The position numbers and the translations under genes are program-made. From the NCBI GenBank assembly GCA_000146465.1, contig CP001950.1: 64,000 bases of DNA. One strand, 5' to 3'. Every line of letters begins with the position of its first letter. The first letter of the stretch is position 1. The notes under the pieces are model-generated. The model was given only the letters and a program-made list of their open reading frames with translations. It was not told where the DNA came from and did no database searches. Shown piece by piece: positions 56,056-64,000 of the stretch.

Positions 56056-56961
56056 TTAAAGAATTAAACAATTTCTTTTACATTTTCGGGATGGTATAGG
56101 AGCTTTGCCGATTACGTCATAGGTATGGCTCTCAGGATCTATGTCCAGAAGCTCCAAGCCATGGATTGTATCGTTTACAGAGAGACCTGACTCTGCAGAT
56201 ATATTACTTATAGACACCTCCTGTCCATTTTTGTTCTGTAATGTTTCCAGCACCTTGTTTCTCCAGTACCTTTTGTATAGAGCACGTCCTCTTCCACTCA
56301 GAGGTTTCTCTGGGGTTCCTGCTTCCAAGATATAGCTTAGATCCACCATCAATGAGCCGTATCCCTTGGCCCTGTACGGAGGAAGAATTAGAAGACAGGA
56401 TAGATTATGCTCTATGCTTTCCTTTTCCTTACTAAAAAACCCTGTCGCTTTTCCTTCGGAAAATAGGACATAGAAAAGATATCCATCCACATCGAGATAT
56501 AAGGTCTTCCTTTTTATAAAGGCTTTTCCAATGATGCAGATTCTTTGGCATAAGACTCTCTCTTTCTCCCCATCAATCTCAATCACAGATATGTCCTCTT
56601 CCCTGTCGCTATATATACACTTTCCCGGAATTTCTAAGGAACAGCTTCTTCTGTGGCTAGCAAAGGACATCGAATCCCAACATTGAAGCAGACACCTATC
56701 ACATATATATATTGTGTTTTTATCCGAAAACAGCCAGACTCGGTTGGGAAAGTCTAAAAGGTTATCTCCAAATACAGCTTGTGTTACCTCGACGCTTCTT
56801 CCCTGAAATTTCATAGGCGGGATAGGCTCTGTGGACTGGTTTTTTCTTTTTATGGTATCGAAGTATTCTCTGAACTCGGGGTCTTTCTTCAGCATGTCGA
56901 TCTCCCCATCGTTAAGGTCCATGGGCTCACCGGAACACAGATATAAACAAAGGGAATCCAA
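56056..56961 (-). CDS. MYST-family histone acetyltransferase (Esa1/Sas2/MOF-like)
   Basis: C2HC zinc finger (IYICDRCLLQCWDSMSFASHRRSC). The acetyl-CoA site LCQRICIIGKAFIKRKTLYLDVDGYLFYVL...GFFSKEKES...PPYRAKGYGSLMVDLSY. Confidence 0.85.
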   Translation of the reverse strand: MDSLCLYLCSGEPMDLNDGEIDMLKKDPEFREYFDTIKRKNQSTEPIPPMKFQGRSVEVTQAVFGDNLLDFPNRVWLFSDKNTIYICDRCLLQCWDSMSFASHRRSCSLEIPGKCIYSDREEDISVIEIDGEKERVLCQRICIIGKAFIKRKTLYLDVDGYLFYVLFSEGKATGFFSKEKESIEHNLSCLLILPPYRAKGYGSLMVDLSYILEAGTPEKPLSGRGRALYKRYWRNKVLETLQNKNGQEVSISNISAESGLSVNDTIHGLELLDIDPESHTYDVIGKAPIPSRKCKRNCLIL

Positions 56962-56969
56962 GTCCTTTT

Positions 56970-57380
56970 ATGGAAGAGCATATTACAAGAAGGGCAGAGG
57001 CTTTGAAGATTGCTAAAAGCATTATAATGAAGTCGGACAACCCTCCCGAAGAGTTGGTGAGGAAGATTCTGATCCACCAGGAGCTTCTTTCAAATAGAGA
57101 CATTATCTTGAACGATGACTTCTATTCGATACTGACTAGTAAAGCCAATGTCCGGCCAGAGATGGTTGGTCTTGCAAGAAAGAAGGAACAGGTAGAGTGT
57201 GTTAGAGTGGAGAAGAAAATGATATGTCCTATCAGCCAAAAAGAAGTAACCGAGGCATATGTTGGAGAATGTGGGCATGTGCTGGAGGAAAAGGAAGCCA
57301 TAAAGTATATCCGAAATAACTCTCGGGCTATCTGCCCACAGATTGGATGCAACAAGAGACTCGTCCGGAAGAAAAGATAA
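56970..57380 (+). CDS. NSE2: SP-RING SUMO E3 ligase NSE2/MMS21 (Smc5/6 complex)
   Basis: MICPISQKEVTEAYVGECGHVLEEKEAIKYI...AICPQIGCNKR: the SP-RING with the conserved CPQIGC block. Confidence 0.65.
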   Translation: MEEHITRRAEALKIAKSIIMKSDNPPEELVRKILIHQELLSNRDIILNDDFYSILTSKANVRPEMVGLARKKEQVECVRVEKKMICPISQKEVTEAYVGECGHVLEEKEAIKYIRNNSRAICPQIGCNKRLVRKKR

Positions 57381-57450
57381 AGGCTTTACTGGTACTTGGT
57401 TGTTCCGAGAACGAATTTTGATTAAAGTTCTTTGACCGTTCCCCAGGAGG

Positions 57451-57942
57451 ATGAGGGAAAAGATGTATAGAGAGAGAAGACAGCCAAAGAACCGCAGGAT
57501 GTATGGAAGGTTGGAGAAGAAAAAAGACTTGGTTAAGAGACTTTCGAAGATTGGGAAGCAGAAGGAAGAGATTAGAAGAGCCAAAGAGGAAATCAAAAAC
57601 AAGAGTGGCCAGGAGTATTTCTTTGGATATTATTCAGTGGAAAGGAATGGGGCGAATATCTACAAGATCGACAGGCCCACTCTTGAGGAGCTTAGAAAGA
57701 TGAAGGCCTATGTCGATAATGAAATCCAAAGATCCAGGATGAAGTTGGAAAGATATATTCCCCGACCGTGTGGAACACATATAAAATTTGAAGAGGATAG
57801 CTCTTCGAAGAATGATACAGACATTGGCTTTGAGCACAACGAAGAGACTAGAAAAGAATTTGAGAAGTATTTAGAAGATCTAATTGGGAAGAGAAGGGAA
57901 ATTCAGGAGAGGATAGACGAGCTGAAGAACCAAAAGATATAG
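57451..57942 (+). CDS. basic Lys/Arg-rich hypothetical protein (nucleolar/ribosome-biogenesis-like)
   Basis: 163-aa ORF, highly basic at the N-terminus. No specific motif. Confidence 0.35.
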   Translation: MREKMYRERRQPKNRRMYGRLEKKKDLVKRLSKIGKQKEEIRRAKEEIKNKSGQEYFFGYYSVERNGANIYKIDRPTLEELRKMKAYVDNEIQRSRMKLERYIPRPCGTHIKFEEDSSSKNDTDIGFEHNEETRKEFEKYLEDLIGKRREIQERIDELKNQKI

Positions 57943-57995
57943 TGTGTGAACAAAGATTTATTTCTTGAACGGGTATTAAAAATTACTTTTTCCTT

Positions 57996-58511
57996 CTATT
58001 CAATAACGTCCATGGCAGATTCCAGGACTTCTTTACAGATCGGATGTCCATTAGAGCGGCAGAAGTCAAGGATTGTCGGATTGATGGATGCAGGATAATT
58101 CCTATGCATCACGTATAGCAGCTTGAGGTGTTTCAGGGTAACCATGCGGTTTAGTTCGCCACAAAAATATCTTTGAACAGGATCTATAGATATCTTTTTT
58201 TTCTTCTCAAGTATGTACCTTAGAAGCACCGGTGTATTTTCGTCTCTCTTCTTTACCAAGATGTCTATCATGTCATCCACATGGTTCAACGAGACCTTTT
58301 TGAGTGCACTTCCAAGAACTTCTGCCTCCTTTCTGGACAAATCTAGCCTCAGAATGTTATATATCTTACTTGTCTTGGCAAGGCGGCACAAGTCATTCCA
58401 CTTTCCCGGTGGTAGCTTTGGCTTTGCAGCAAGGATGTCTCGGTATATCTGAAAGTCGGAAGGTCTGTCCATCTCCTTGAGTGTATGAATTATCCTATCT
58501 GAAAGAGACAT
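57996..58511 (-). CDS. hypothetical protein
   Basis: 171-aa ORF. No motif recognised. Confidence 0.35.
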   Translation of the reverse strand: MSLSDRIIHTLKEMDRPSDFQIYRDILAAKPKLPPGKWNDLCRLAKTSKIYNILRLDLSRKEAEVLGSALKKVSLNHVDDMIDILVKKRDENTPVLLRYILEKKKKISIDPVQRYFCGELNRMVTLKHLKLLYVMHRNYPASINPTILDFCRSNGHPICKEVLESAMDVIE

Positions 58512-58535
58512 TTGGGGTGGATGTTTTAGAAGCCG

Positions 58536-58557
58536 AAAAAATTTATCCCTATTAAGG
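58536..58557 (+). promoter_or_regulatory. AAATTT + CCC core promoter motif upstream of RPS28 (aaaaaatttatccctattaagg-ATG)
   Basis: Read directly from the sequence. Confidence 0.55.
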
Positions 58558-58755
58558 ATGGAAGATCAGCAAGAATTTTTCGGAAAGGTTACACAGGTGC
58601 TTGGGAGAACTGGAGGATCTGGGCTACTGACCCAGGTGAAGATGGAGCTTATCCATAACAAGAGAATGATCCAGAGGGCGATCAAGGGGCCGATAAGCGA
58701 GGGGGACTTTGTCGAGATATTAGAGTGTGAGCGTGAGCATCGAAGAACAAGGTAG
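58558..58755 (+). CDS. RPS28: 40S ribosomal protein S28 (eS28)
   Basis: GKVTQVLGRTGGSGLLTQVKMELI...RMIQRAIKGPISEGDFVEILECEREHRRTR aligns with eS28 ([23 protein letters not shown]...[26 protein letters not shown]). Confidence 0.9.
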   Translation: MEDQQEFFGKVTQVLGRTGGSGLLTQVKMELIHNKRMIQRAIKGPISEGDFVEILECEREHRRTR

Positions 58756-58862
58756 ATAAAGTATCCAATAAAGATGATTTAATGTTCTTTGGCCGTTTTA
58801 ACTGTTTTTAGTTGTTTTTTTGTTGATAAGAATGAAAGGAGCCTGGGAAGCTAGACCCCGGA

Positions 58863-59855
58863 ATGTGCCGCCAGAATGAGATTTACGGGAAGCAAAGCGA
58901 AGAGGAAGGGCACTTGAACTATGGGGAGATTGAGAGGAAGCGCAGAGAAAGGGTCGACGAGTTGGCTTATAGGCTATTAGTAGAGAGAGAGAAAGCGAAC
59001 AGAAGTATTGAAGAGGAGCTTCAAAGGCTTTTTGAGCTTGAAAAAGATCCTGTAGACACAGAAACTCATTCCTCGGAAGAGCCTGCAAAGGAGATAGAGA
59101 CATATAGTCCTGTTATTCTGGAAGAACATGGACTTAGTGAAGAGTTATCCAAGAACAATTCTGGAATGCAACCCTTATGCTCGACAAACGTGCCTTTTAC
59201 TGACGAGCTTGTCTCTAGATTCATTCTTAACAAAGCCTATGTGTCTATAGAAGAAAAGATCTGGAGGGAAAGGCAGACTATGCCAAAGAACATACAAATG
59301 CAAACTAAGATTCAAGTCAATAAAAGACTTACCCAGGTTAGCGGAAAGGCTGGACAGGTTGACAGAATATTCAATGTTCTTAGGGAATATTCTCATTCAT
59401 ACGTATTTGTAGAGACATTCACGGTAAAGATTATAGAGCAGGGAAGATTACAAGTGAGTTCCTGTCCTGAGTCGTATAAAGAATTTGCAGAGCTCTTCTG
59501 CAGGTTTTACTCCTCTGAATTGATGGAGTACTTTCGAGTTATTTTGTTTACTAGAGAGGCTTCTTCCAGTACTATCAAGGGAGTTTACAGTATCTATTTT
59601 GGAGTACTAGAAATTCAAGGGAATTCTGACGAGGCATGGTTTTTCATTGCATCGATGCTGAACTCGAGGCAGAGCGAACTGTCCTGCTATGTTGTAGAAT
59701 GTTTTTTTTCTATACTTGGAAACTTGTTATTCAGAACATGCCGAGGACCTTTCTTCAAACTTATAGAATATGTCAAGAGGTACTACTTCAGGGAGATGAA
59801 CAACGAGCCATGTAAAATAAGGATATCTTCGATGTTTGAGAGATATGGGGCATGA
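58863..59855 (+). CDS. hypothetical helical protein (possible MIF4G-like fold; weak)
   Basis: 330-aa ORF, helical. No secure motif. Its 3' end overlaps the track start of the RIO2 ORF. Confidence 0.35.
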   Translation: MCRQNEIYGKQSEEEGHLNYGEIERKRRERVDELAYRLLVEREKANRSIEEELQRLFELEKDPVDTETHSSEEPAKEIETYSPVILEEHGLSEELSKNNSGMQPLCSTNVPFTDELVSRFILNKAYVSIEEKIWRERQTMPKNIQMQTKIQVNKRLTQVSGKAGQVDRIFNVLREYSHSYVFVETFTVKIIEQGRLQVSSCPESYKEFAELFCRFYSSELMEYFRVILFTREASSSTIKGVYSIYFGVLEIQGNSDEAWFFIASMLNSRQSELSCYVVECFFSILGNLLFRTCRGPFFKLIEYVKRYYFREMNNEPCKIRISSMFERYGA

Positions 59856-59916
59856 TGTAGACAAGGACATGTGTCACATGTGTAAGTTTTTGGTAAGTTC
59901 CAATTTTGATGCCCCG

Positions 59917-60903
59917 ATGAAACTTATAACCGACGGAGTCTGGTCTCTTTCAAGAACACATTTAAGAATACTTCGGACTGCAGAGCAATGCATGAAGTCA
60001 CACGTGGTTATTCCCTTTGATGTGCTGAAGACCAGATCACAAATAAAAGGCAACTTCATGGAGCATGTGATAGATCTGTGCAAACTCAAGTTCCTTTCTT
60101 ATGTGGAGAATGGATACAAACTGACGTACTCTGGACATGATTGCCTTGCAATTAACACACTGAGGTCACGCGGGCTTGAAGCAATGGGAGAAAAGATAGG
60201 GATTGGAAAGGAGTCTGACATTTATCTCGGGGTGTACAAGGGAAAGGATTCAATATTGAAGCTCCACAGGCTTGGGCGGAGCAGTTTTCGAAATGTGAGG
60301 AGAAATCGGGAATACGCAGGGGAGAAGACAGATTGGCTTGCATTGTCAAGAACTTCTTGTAGAAGAGAAGTTGAGTACTTGGAAAAGTTCAAGGACATGA
60401 ATGTTCCTGCAGTACTTGACCATGACAGACATGCTATTGTGCAGGAGTTGCTGGATTATCTCCCCTTATACAAGACAAGAGTGGAGAATGTGAAGACGAT
60501 TTTTTATCTTATGATAGACTTCATTAAGGACCTATGGAAAAGAGGATATGTGCACGGAGACTTCAATGAATTCAATGTTCTGGTGAAAGACGACATAAAG
60601 GTCATAGACTTTCCTCAGTGCATCCAGAGCAACGATGAGAGAGCAGTAAGCTACCTGAGAAGAGACTTTGAATGCGTCCTAACATATTTCAAAAAGAAAT
60701 ACAGATACGAGCCGGAGAATGGATGTTCTAAGTTTATGAGGGAATTGGGGATAGAAGACTTCCTAGATGAGCCTGAGACTTATGGGACTGATTCTGAGGA
60801 TTCATCCCTCTATTCGACTGATGAAGTGGGTTCCCAAAAGGAGATGGAGCTTCTAGAGACAAAAATGGAGAAGACTTTCATTTCTGATACCCAGAGTGCA
60901 TAA
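59917..60903 (+). CDS. RIO2: RIO2 serine kinase (40S maturation)
   Basis: N-terminal winged helix (LRILRTAEQCMKSHVVIPF...YKLTYSGHDCLAINTL). RIO domain GIGKESDIYLG, LKLHRLGRSSFRNV, DWLALSR, and the catalytic YVHGDFNEFNVLV...IDFPQ. Start moved to Met of MKLITDG to remove the overlap. Confidence 0.85.
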   Translation: MKLITDGVWSLSRTHLRILRTAEQCMKSHVVIPFDVLKTRSQIKGNFMEHVIDLCKLKFLSYVENGYKLTYSGHDCLAINTLRSRGLEAMGEKIGIGKESDIYLGVYKGKDSILKLHRLGRSSFRNVRRNREYAGEKTDWLALSRTSCRREVEYLEKFKDMNVPAVLDHDRHAIVQELLDYLPLYKTRVENVKTIFYLMIDFIKDLWKRGYVHGDFNEFNVLVKDDIKVIDFPQCIQSNDERAVSYLRRDFECVLTYFKKKYRYEPENGCSKFMRELGIEDFLDEPETYGTDSEDSSLYSTDEVGSQKEMELLETKMEKTFISDTQSA

Positions 60904-61094
60904 AGATTATTTATTTCCAAAGGTGTTCCTTAATCTACCTAGTAAAGACGTTGCCCGAGAAATGTCATTTTTATATTCCTAGAGTTAGAGGGAATTCACT
61001 TACCTGTAAAATGTCGTTGTATCTATCAAGAACTTCTTCCAGAGACTTCTCGAAACTATCCATTGGTAGGGTGTCTTTGGATGATTTCAGGAAA

Positions 61095-61113
61095 TAAAAA
61101 ATTTACCCTGGAA
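61095..61113 (+). promoter_or_regulatory. AAATTT + CCC core promoter motif upstream of RPS3 (aaaaaatttaccctggaa-ATG)
   Basis: Read directly from the sequence. Confidence 0.55.
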
Positions 61114-61764
61114 ATGAGCGATGACCAAGTTCTGAAAAGGTTTATGAAGAATGGACTTATGAATGCAGAGCTGAAGGAGTTTTTTGAGAAGGCACTTGTG
61201 AATGAAGGCTTTAATACTATGGAGCTTCGGATGCAGGAGACTCCGATTAAGATTATTTTAAAGGTTGCAAAGCCACACGAGGCAATAGGAGAAAAGAAAT
61301 ACAGGCTAAAGCAATTCCAGCACTTAGTTGCCCAGAGGCTTGAGGTTCCCGATGAAAATGTCGAGATAATTGTTGAAAAGGTCCACGAAAAGGGACTCTG
61401 TGCACTTATCCAGGCCAATTTTATCAGGGAGAAGATGCTGGGAGGAGTACAGTACAGGAGGTCGGTTAACATGGCCCTGAAGGCTGTAAGACATTCGGGA
61501 GCACAAGGATGCCAGATAATAGTTAGTGGAAAGCTGAAAGGGCAGCGTGCCAAATCCGTAAAGTTCCAGGATGGAGTGTTAATTCACAGTGGAAACCCAG
61601 TCAAAGACTATATTGATACGGGATATGCCACGGTTGAAACCAAGCAGGGAGTGATTGGAATTCAAGTTAGAATAATGCTGCCATACGATCCGGAAGGAGT
61701 GCTTGGGCCAAGCTACCCTCTTCCTGATAGGATTACCATTCTTGAGCCTAACGAAATTCAATAA
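61114..61764 (+). CDS. RPS3: 40S ribosomal protein S3 (uS3)
   Basis: KH domain and GLCALIQANFIREKMLGG...MALKAVRHSGAQGCQIIVSGKLKGQRAKSVKFQDGVLIHSGNPV...QGVIGIQVRIMLPYDP are collinear with human RPS3. Confidence 0.95.
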   Translation: MSDDQVLKRFMKNGLMNAELKEFFEKALVNEGFNTMELRMQETPIKIILKVAKPHEAIGEKKYRLKQFQHLVAQRLEVPDENVEIIVEKVHEKGLCALIQANFIREKMLGGVQYRRSVNMALKAVRHSGAQGCQIIVSGKLKGQRAKSVKFQDGVLIHSGNPVKDYIDTGYATVETKQGVIGIQVRIMLPYDPEGVLGPSYPLPDRITILEPNEIQ

Positions 61765-61805
61765 TTAATTAAAGCTAAGTCAAAGTATTTATTTCGATGT
61801 AGTCT

Positions 61806-62444
61806 CTAGGGATTCGGAAACTCAAGCTTACTGTCTTCGGAGAGAAGATGGTATATATCTCTTATATCGGTGTCCTTCTCTGCATCTATCCATACAAACC
61901 CATTTAGCCCCAATGCAATTCTAAATCTGTATTTCTTTCCTATTGTGGCCAATGTGGTACTCAGATAGAGAAGACGTACCTTCCAAGGCTCTAATGGAAG
62001 CACAACCCCGCTTAGCTTTCCAAAGCCCTCACCCACACATGTGAGTAGTGGCTCCGTACCTGTTCTCGCAATCTTACATAAAAGATAGTCTCCCTTGTTT
62101 ATCTCCGGTTTGTTTCTTTTTGTGGCATTTGTAAAGCTGAGAGAAGGAAGTGCACCAACCACGCCTCCAAGATCTATCCTATGCATGTCCTGGGATGTGA
62201 GTATAGCCTTCCCTATCACAATGTCGTCGATGCATGGATGGTATCGATTGGTTTTCGATACCACAAACAGATGATTGGATGTTTTGCACAGTGTTCCTAC
62301 AATTGTCGCCTTGGTTCCATGGATTCCAAGAGATTTTGAGCCATTGGAAGGCACATCGTCTCCGGGAAGTACATTTTTTATCTTAGTCAGCATTTGCAGA
62401 GGAGAAAAATATCGAAGAATTATTGGGAAATCCCAAGGGCCCAT
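61806..62444 (-). CDS. exosome S1/KH cap subunit (Rrp40/Rrp4-like)
   Basis: S1 domain DDIVIGKAILTSQDMHRIDLGG...ATKRNKPEINKGDYLLCKI...LLTCV, then KH IALGLNGFVWI. Matches the Rrp40 pattern GDYVIG..YRVDIG..ATKRNRP...GDLVYARV...LTCV...IAVGMNGRVWV. Confidence 0.65.
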   Translation of the reverse strand: MGPWDFPIILRYFSPLQMLTKIKNVLPGDDVPSNGSKSLGIHGTKATIVGTLCKTSNHLFVVSKTNRYHPCIDDIVIGKAILTSQDMHRIDLGGVVGALPSLSFTNATKRNKPEINKGDYLLCKIARTGTEPLLTCVGEGFGKLSGVVLPLEPWKVRLLYLSTTLATIGKKYRFRIALGLNGFVWIDAEKDTDIRDIYHLLSEDSKLEFPNP

Positions 62445-62445
62445 A

Positions 62446-62862
62446 ATGAATGTAAGGCCAAGGAAATCTGCATCAAAATACTCCTTTGAACCGAAGATTC
62501 CTCAGAACCAAGAGTTATTTGAGGTCGAAGAGTCTAAAGAAAAGAAGGAGTTTGTACTTGGAGACCAAGGAGAATATGCTCCAAAGTCTATGGACCAAGG
62601 GGTTGTAGAGTATCCGTTTATCCTTGGAAAGGAGGACGGAGTTGTCCTCACTCTCCCTTCCAATGCCCTAACATCGAAGATCATTGTATACGAAGATGGG
62701 AGCTGTGGACTAAAAATTGGAGATGAGATTCACCCGATTGCCACAAGATTCATTGGAGAGTCTCTTGCTATCGAGCACAAGGATATGGCATATAACATAG
62801 GAAGTGCTAAGTTTCAGCTGACTCCCCAAGTCCAAGACAGTTTAAAAGATAAAAGTCCATAG
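62446..62862 (+). CDS. small hypothetical ORF (138 aa) filling the gap between the Rrp40-like gene and the EF-hand gene; uncertain
   Basis: ATG at 62446, immediately after the divergent Rrp40 start. No motif recognised. It could be spurious. Confidence 0.25.
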   Translation: MNVRPRKSASKYSFEPKIPQNQELFEVEESKEKKEFVLGDQGEYAPKSMDQGVVEYPFILGKEDGVVLTLPSNALTSKIIVYEDGSCGLKIGDEIHPIATRFIGESLAIEHKDMAYNIGSAKFQLTPQVQDSLKDKSP

Positions 62863-62877
62863 AATAAAACATAGCGT

Positions 62878-63300
62878 TTAGTATCCAAATATGTTCTTGA
62901 TGATCAAGTCATAGCAAATCTTCCCGTCTCCATCGGGATTCAAAATGTTCAAAAGCTCTTCAATCTCTTCTTGACTAAACTTATTTTCTCCAGAAGAAAG
63001 AATCTGGACAAGCCTTCCTGCATCGATGTGCGAGGTATTTTCTGCATCCAGTCTTCGAAAGGACTTTTGCAGTTCCTCGCGTGTTATCTCTCTTTCCCGG
63101 ATTTTCTCGCAGATCTCTACAAGCTGGCTGAAGTCAAACATCTCTCCAGGAACTGAGGCCATGAGCTCTTCTGCATAACTTTCAGATATGATGTATCCTG
63201 CAAACCTCAAGATATCTCCCAACCTGTCGGTGGGAACTCTCTCAGTGGGCGACTCTGCAAATAGTTGGTAAACCTTTTGAAGGCGTTTTGTCTCCTCCAT
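62878..63300 (-). CDS. EF-hand calcium-binding protein (calmodulin / myosin light chain-like)
   Basis: Four-helix-loop arrangement with an EF-hand loop (LNPDGDGKICYD) and calmodulin-like spacing. Start placed at Met of MEETKRL. Confidence 0.6.
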   Translation of the reverse strand: MEETKRLQKVYQLFAESPTERVPTDRLGDILRFAGYIISESYAEELMASVPGEMFDFSQLVEICEKIREREITREELQKSFRRLDAENTSHIDAGRLVQILSSGENKFSQEEIEELLNILNPDGDGKICYDLIIKNIFGY

Positions 63301-63489
63301 CCCGATGGGGTATATTCTTGGCCAAGACCAAATGGCTAGGAGGAGTAACTGTTTTTCAGGCATGGCGGGAGTCAAGAACCCCTAGCAAAGCAATCCTGTC
63401 TGCTTCCTTTACCAATGAAGATGACTTATCCAAAACCAAATTAATCGCCGGGGAAATTACCCAAACAAATCTTCCGAAGCGAAAATTAG

Positions 63490-64000
63490 ATGAAGAGATT
63501 AAGCATTGCAATGGTATCCGACTTCTTTTATCCGGTAATGGGGGGAGTGGAGACCCATATAAGGTATTTGAGCGAGGAGTTGATTTCAATGGGGCACAAG
63601 GTCATAGTCATTACACACAAAATAGGGGACCTTGTTGGATGCAGAGCTGTGGGAAACATAAAGGTTTATTTTCTCGATATTCCTGTTTTATGCAGAAACA
63701 CAACATTCCCAAGTCTTTACTCCAACCTTCCTCTGTTCAAGGAAGTCTTCGATAACGAAAAGATCGAGATAGTTCATGGTCACCAGACAATGTCGAACAT
63801 GTGTATTGAGGCTTTATTTCATGCAAGAACATTGAACCTCAAGACAGTGATCACAGACCACTCGATATTCGAGGTGGGTCCCTTTGAGAACATTGTTGTT
63901 AACTCCCTGTGCAGACTTGCACTGAAGAACATAGACAGATGCATCTGCGTATCCTACACATCCAAGGAAAACACTCATATCAGAACCATGATCCCCCTTG
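63490..64000 (+). CDS. GPI3: phosphatidylinositol N-acetylglucosaminyltransferase catalytic subunit PIG-A/GPI3 (5' part; runs off window end)
   Basis: Hand translation from ATG 63490: [43 protein letters not shown]...FLDIPV...[11 protein letters not shown]...TDHSIFEV...[10 protein letters not shown] matches the PIG-A N-terminus ([22 protein letters not shown]...HKVIIVTH). Not in the ORF track because no stop is reached. Confidence 0.8.
   Translation, partial: [170 protein letters not shown]

Noticed and set aside
1-64000. Prokaryotic features (CRISPR arrays, operons, phage modules, rRNA)
   Set aside because: None seen. Gene content (cyclin, MCM, RFC, U2AF35, GPI pathway, histone acetyltransferase), the intron and the promoter motif all indicate a eukaryotic nuclear locus.

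Overview
This window is a gene-dense stretch of a highly compact eukaryotic nuclear genome, not a prokaryotic or phage one. There is roughly one gene per 0.9 kb, intergenic spacers are tiny, and proteins are fast-evolving. Several features point to a microsporidian or close relative: relic-mitochondrion (mitosome) proteins (PDH E1 alpha, a Sam50-like beta-barrel, a Tom70-like TPR protein, CIA1); a recurrent AAATTT + CCC core-promoter motif just upstream of start codons; and one short spliceosomal intron whose branch point abuts the 3' splice site. This taxonomic call is inference from sequence features, not a database hit. About 70 protein-coding genes can be assigned by eye (protein motifs and the conserved promoter motif, ORF track as guide). 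They cover translation (uL3, uS3, eS28, uS8, eIF5A, deoxyhypusine synthase, DPH3, DFRP1/Tma46, DFRP2/Gir2), replication and chromatin (MCM, RFC small subunit, RuvBL2, RAD52, CAF-1 large subunit, a MYST acetyltransferase, NSE2), ribosome biogenesis (NMD3, RIO2, TSR3, an Rrp40-like exosome subunit, TRM9, Trm7/FtsJ), secretory and GPI-anchor functions (GPI8, PIG-V, PIG-A, Sec61 beta, SPC3, SR beta, SFT2, an L-type lectin, Rab, a P4-ATPase) and splicing (U2AF35). There is one tRNA-Arg(CCU). Noteworthy structures are a 75-nt intron with GTAAGT, TACTAAC and AG signals; a frameshifted FtsJ methyltransferase; a lineage-specific paralogous membrane-protein family, one copy broken by a 100-N assembly gap that is flanked by a duplicated gene fragment; a GH19 chitinase fused to a mucin-like Ser/Gly linker; a secreted LRR protein; and periodic sequence motifs in a divergent promoter region. 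No CRISPR array, prophage or bacterial operon is present. Gene identities rest on recognition of conserved motifs in the translated ORFs, and no database search was possible.
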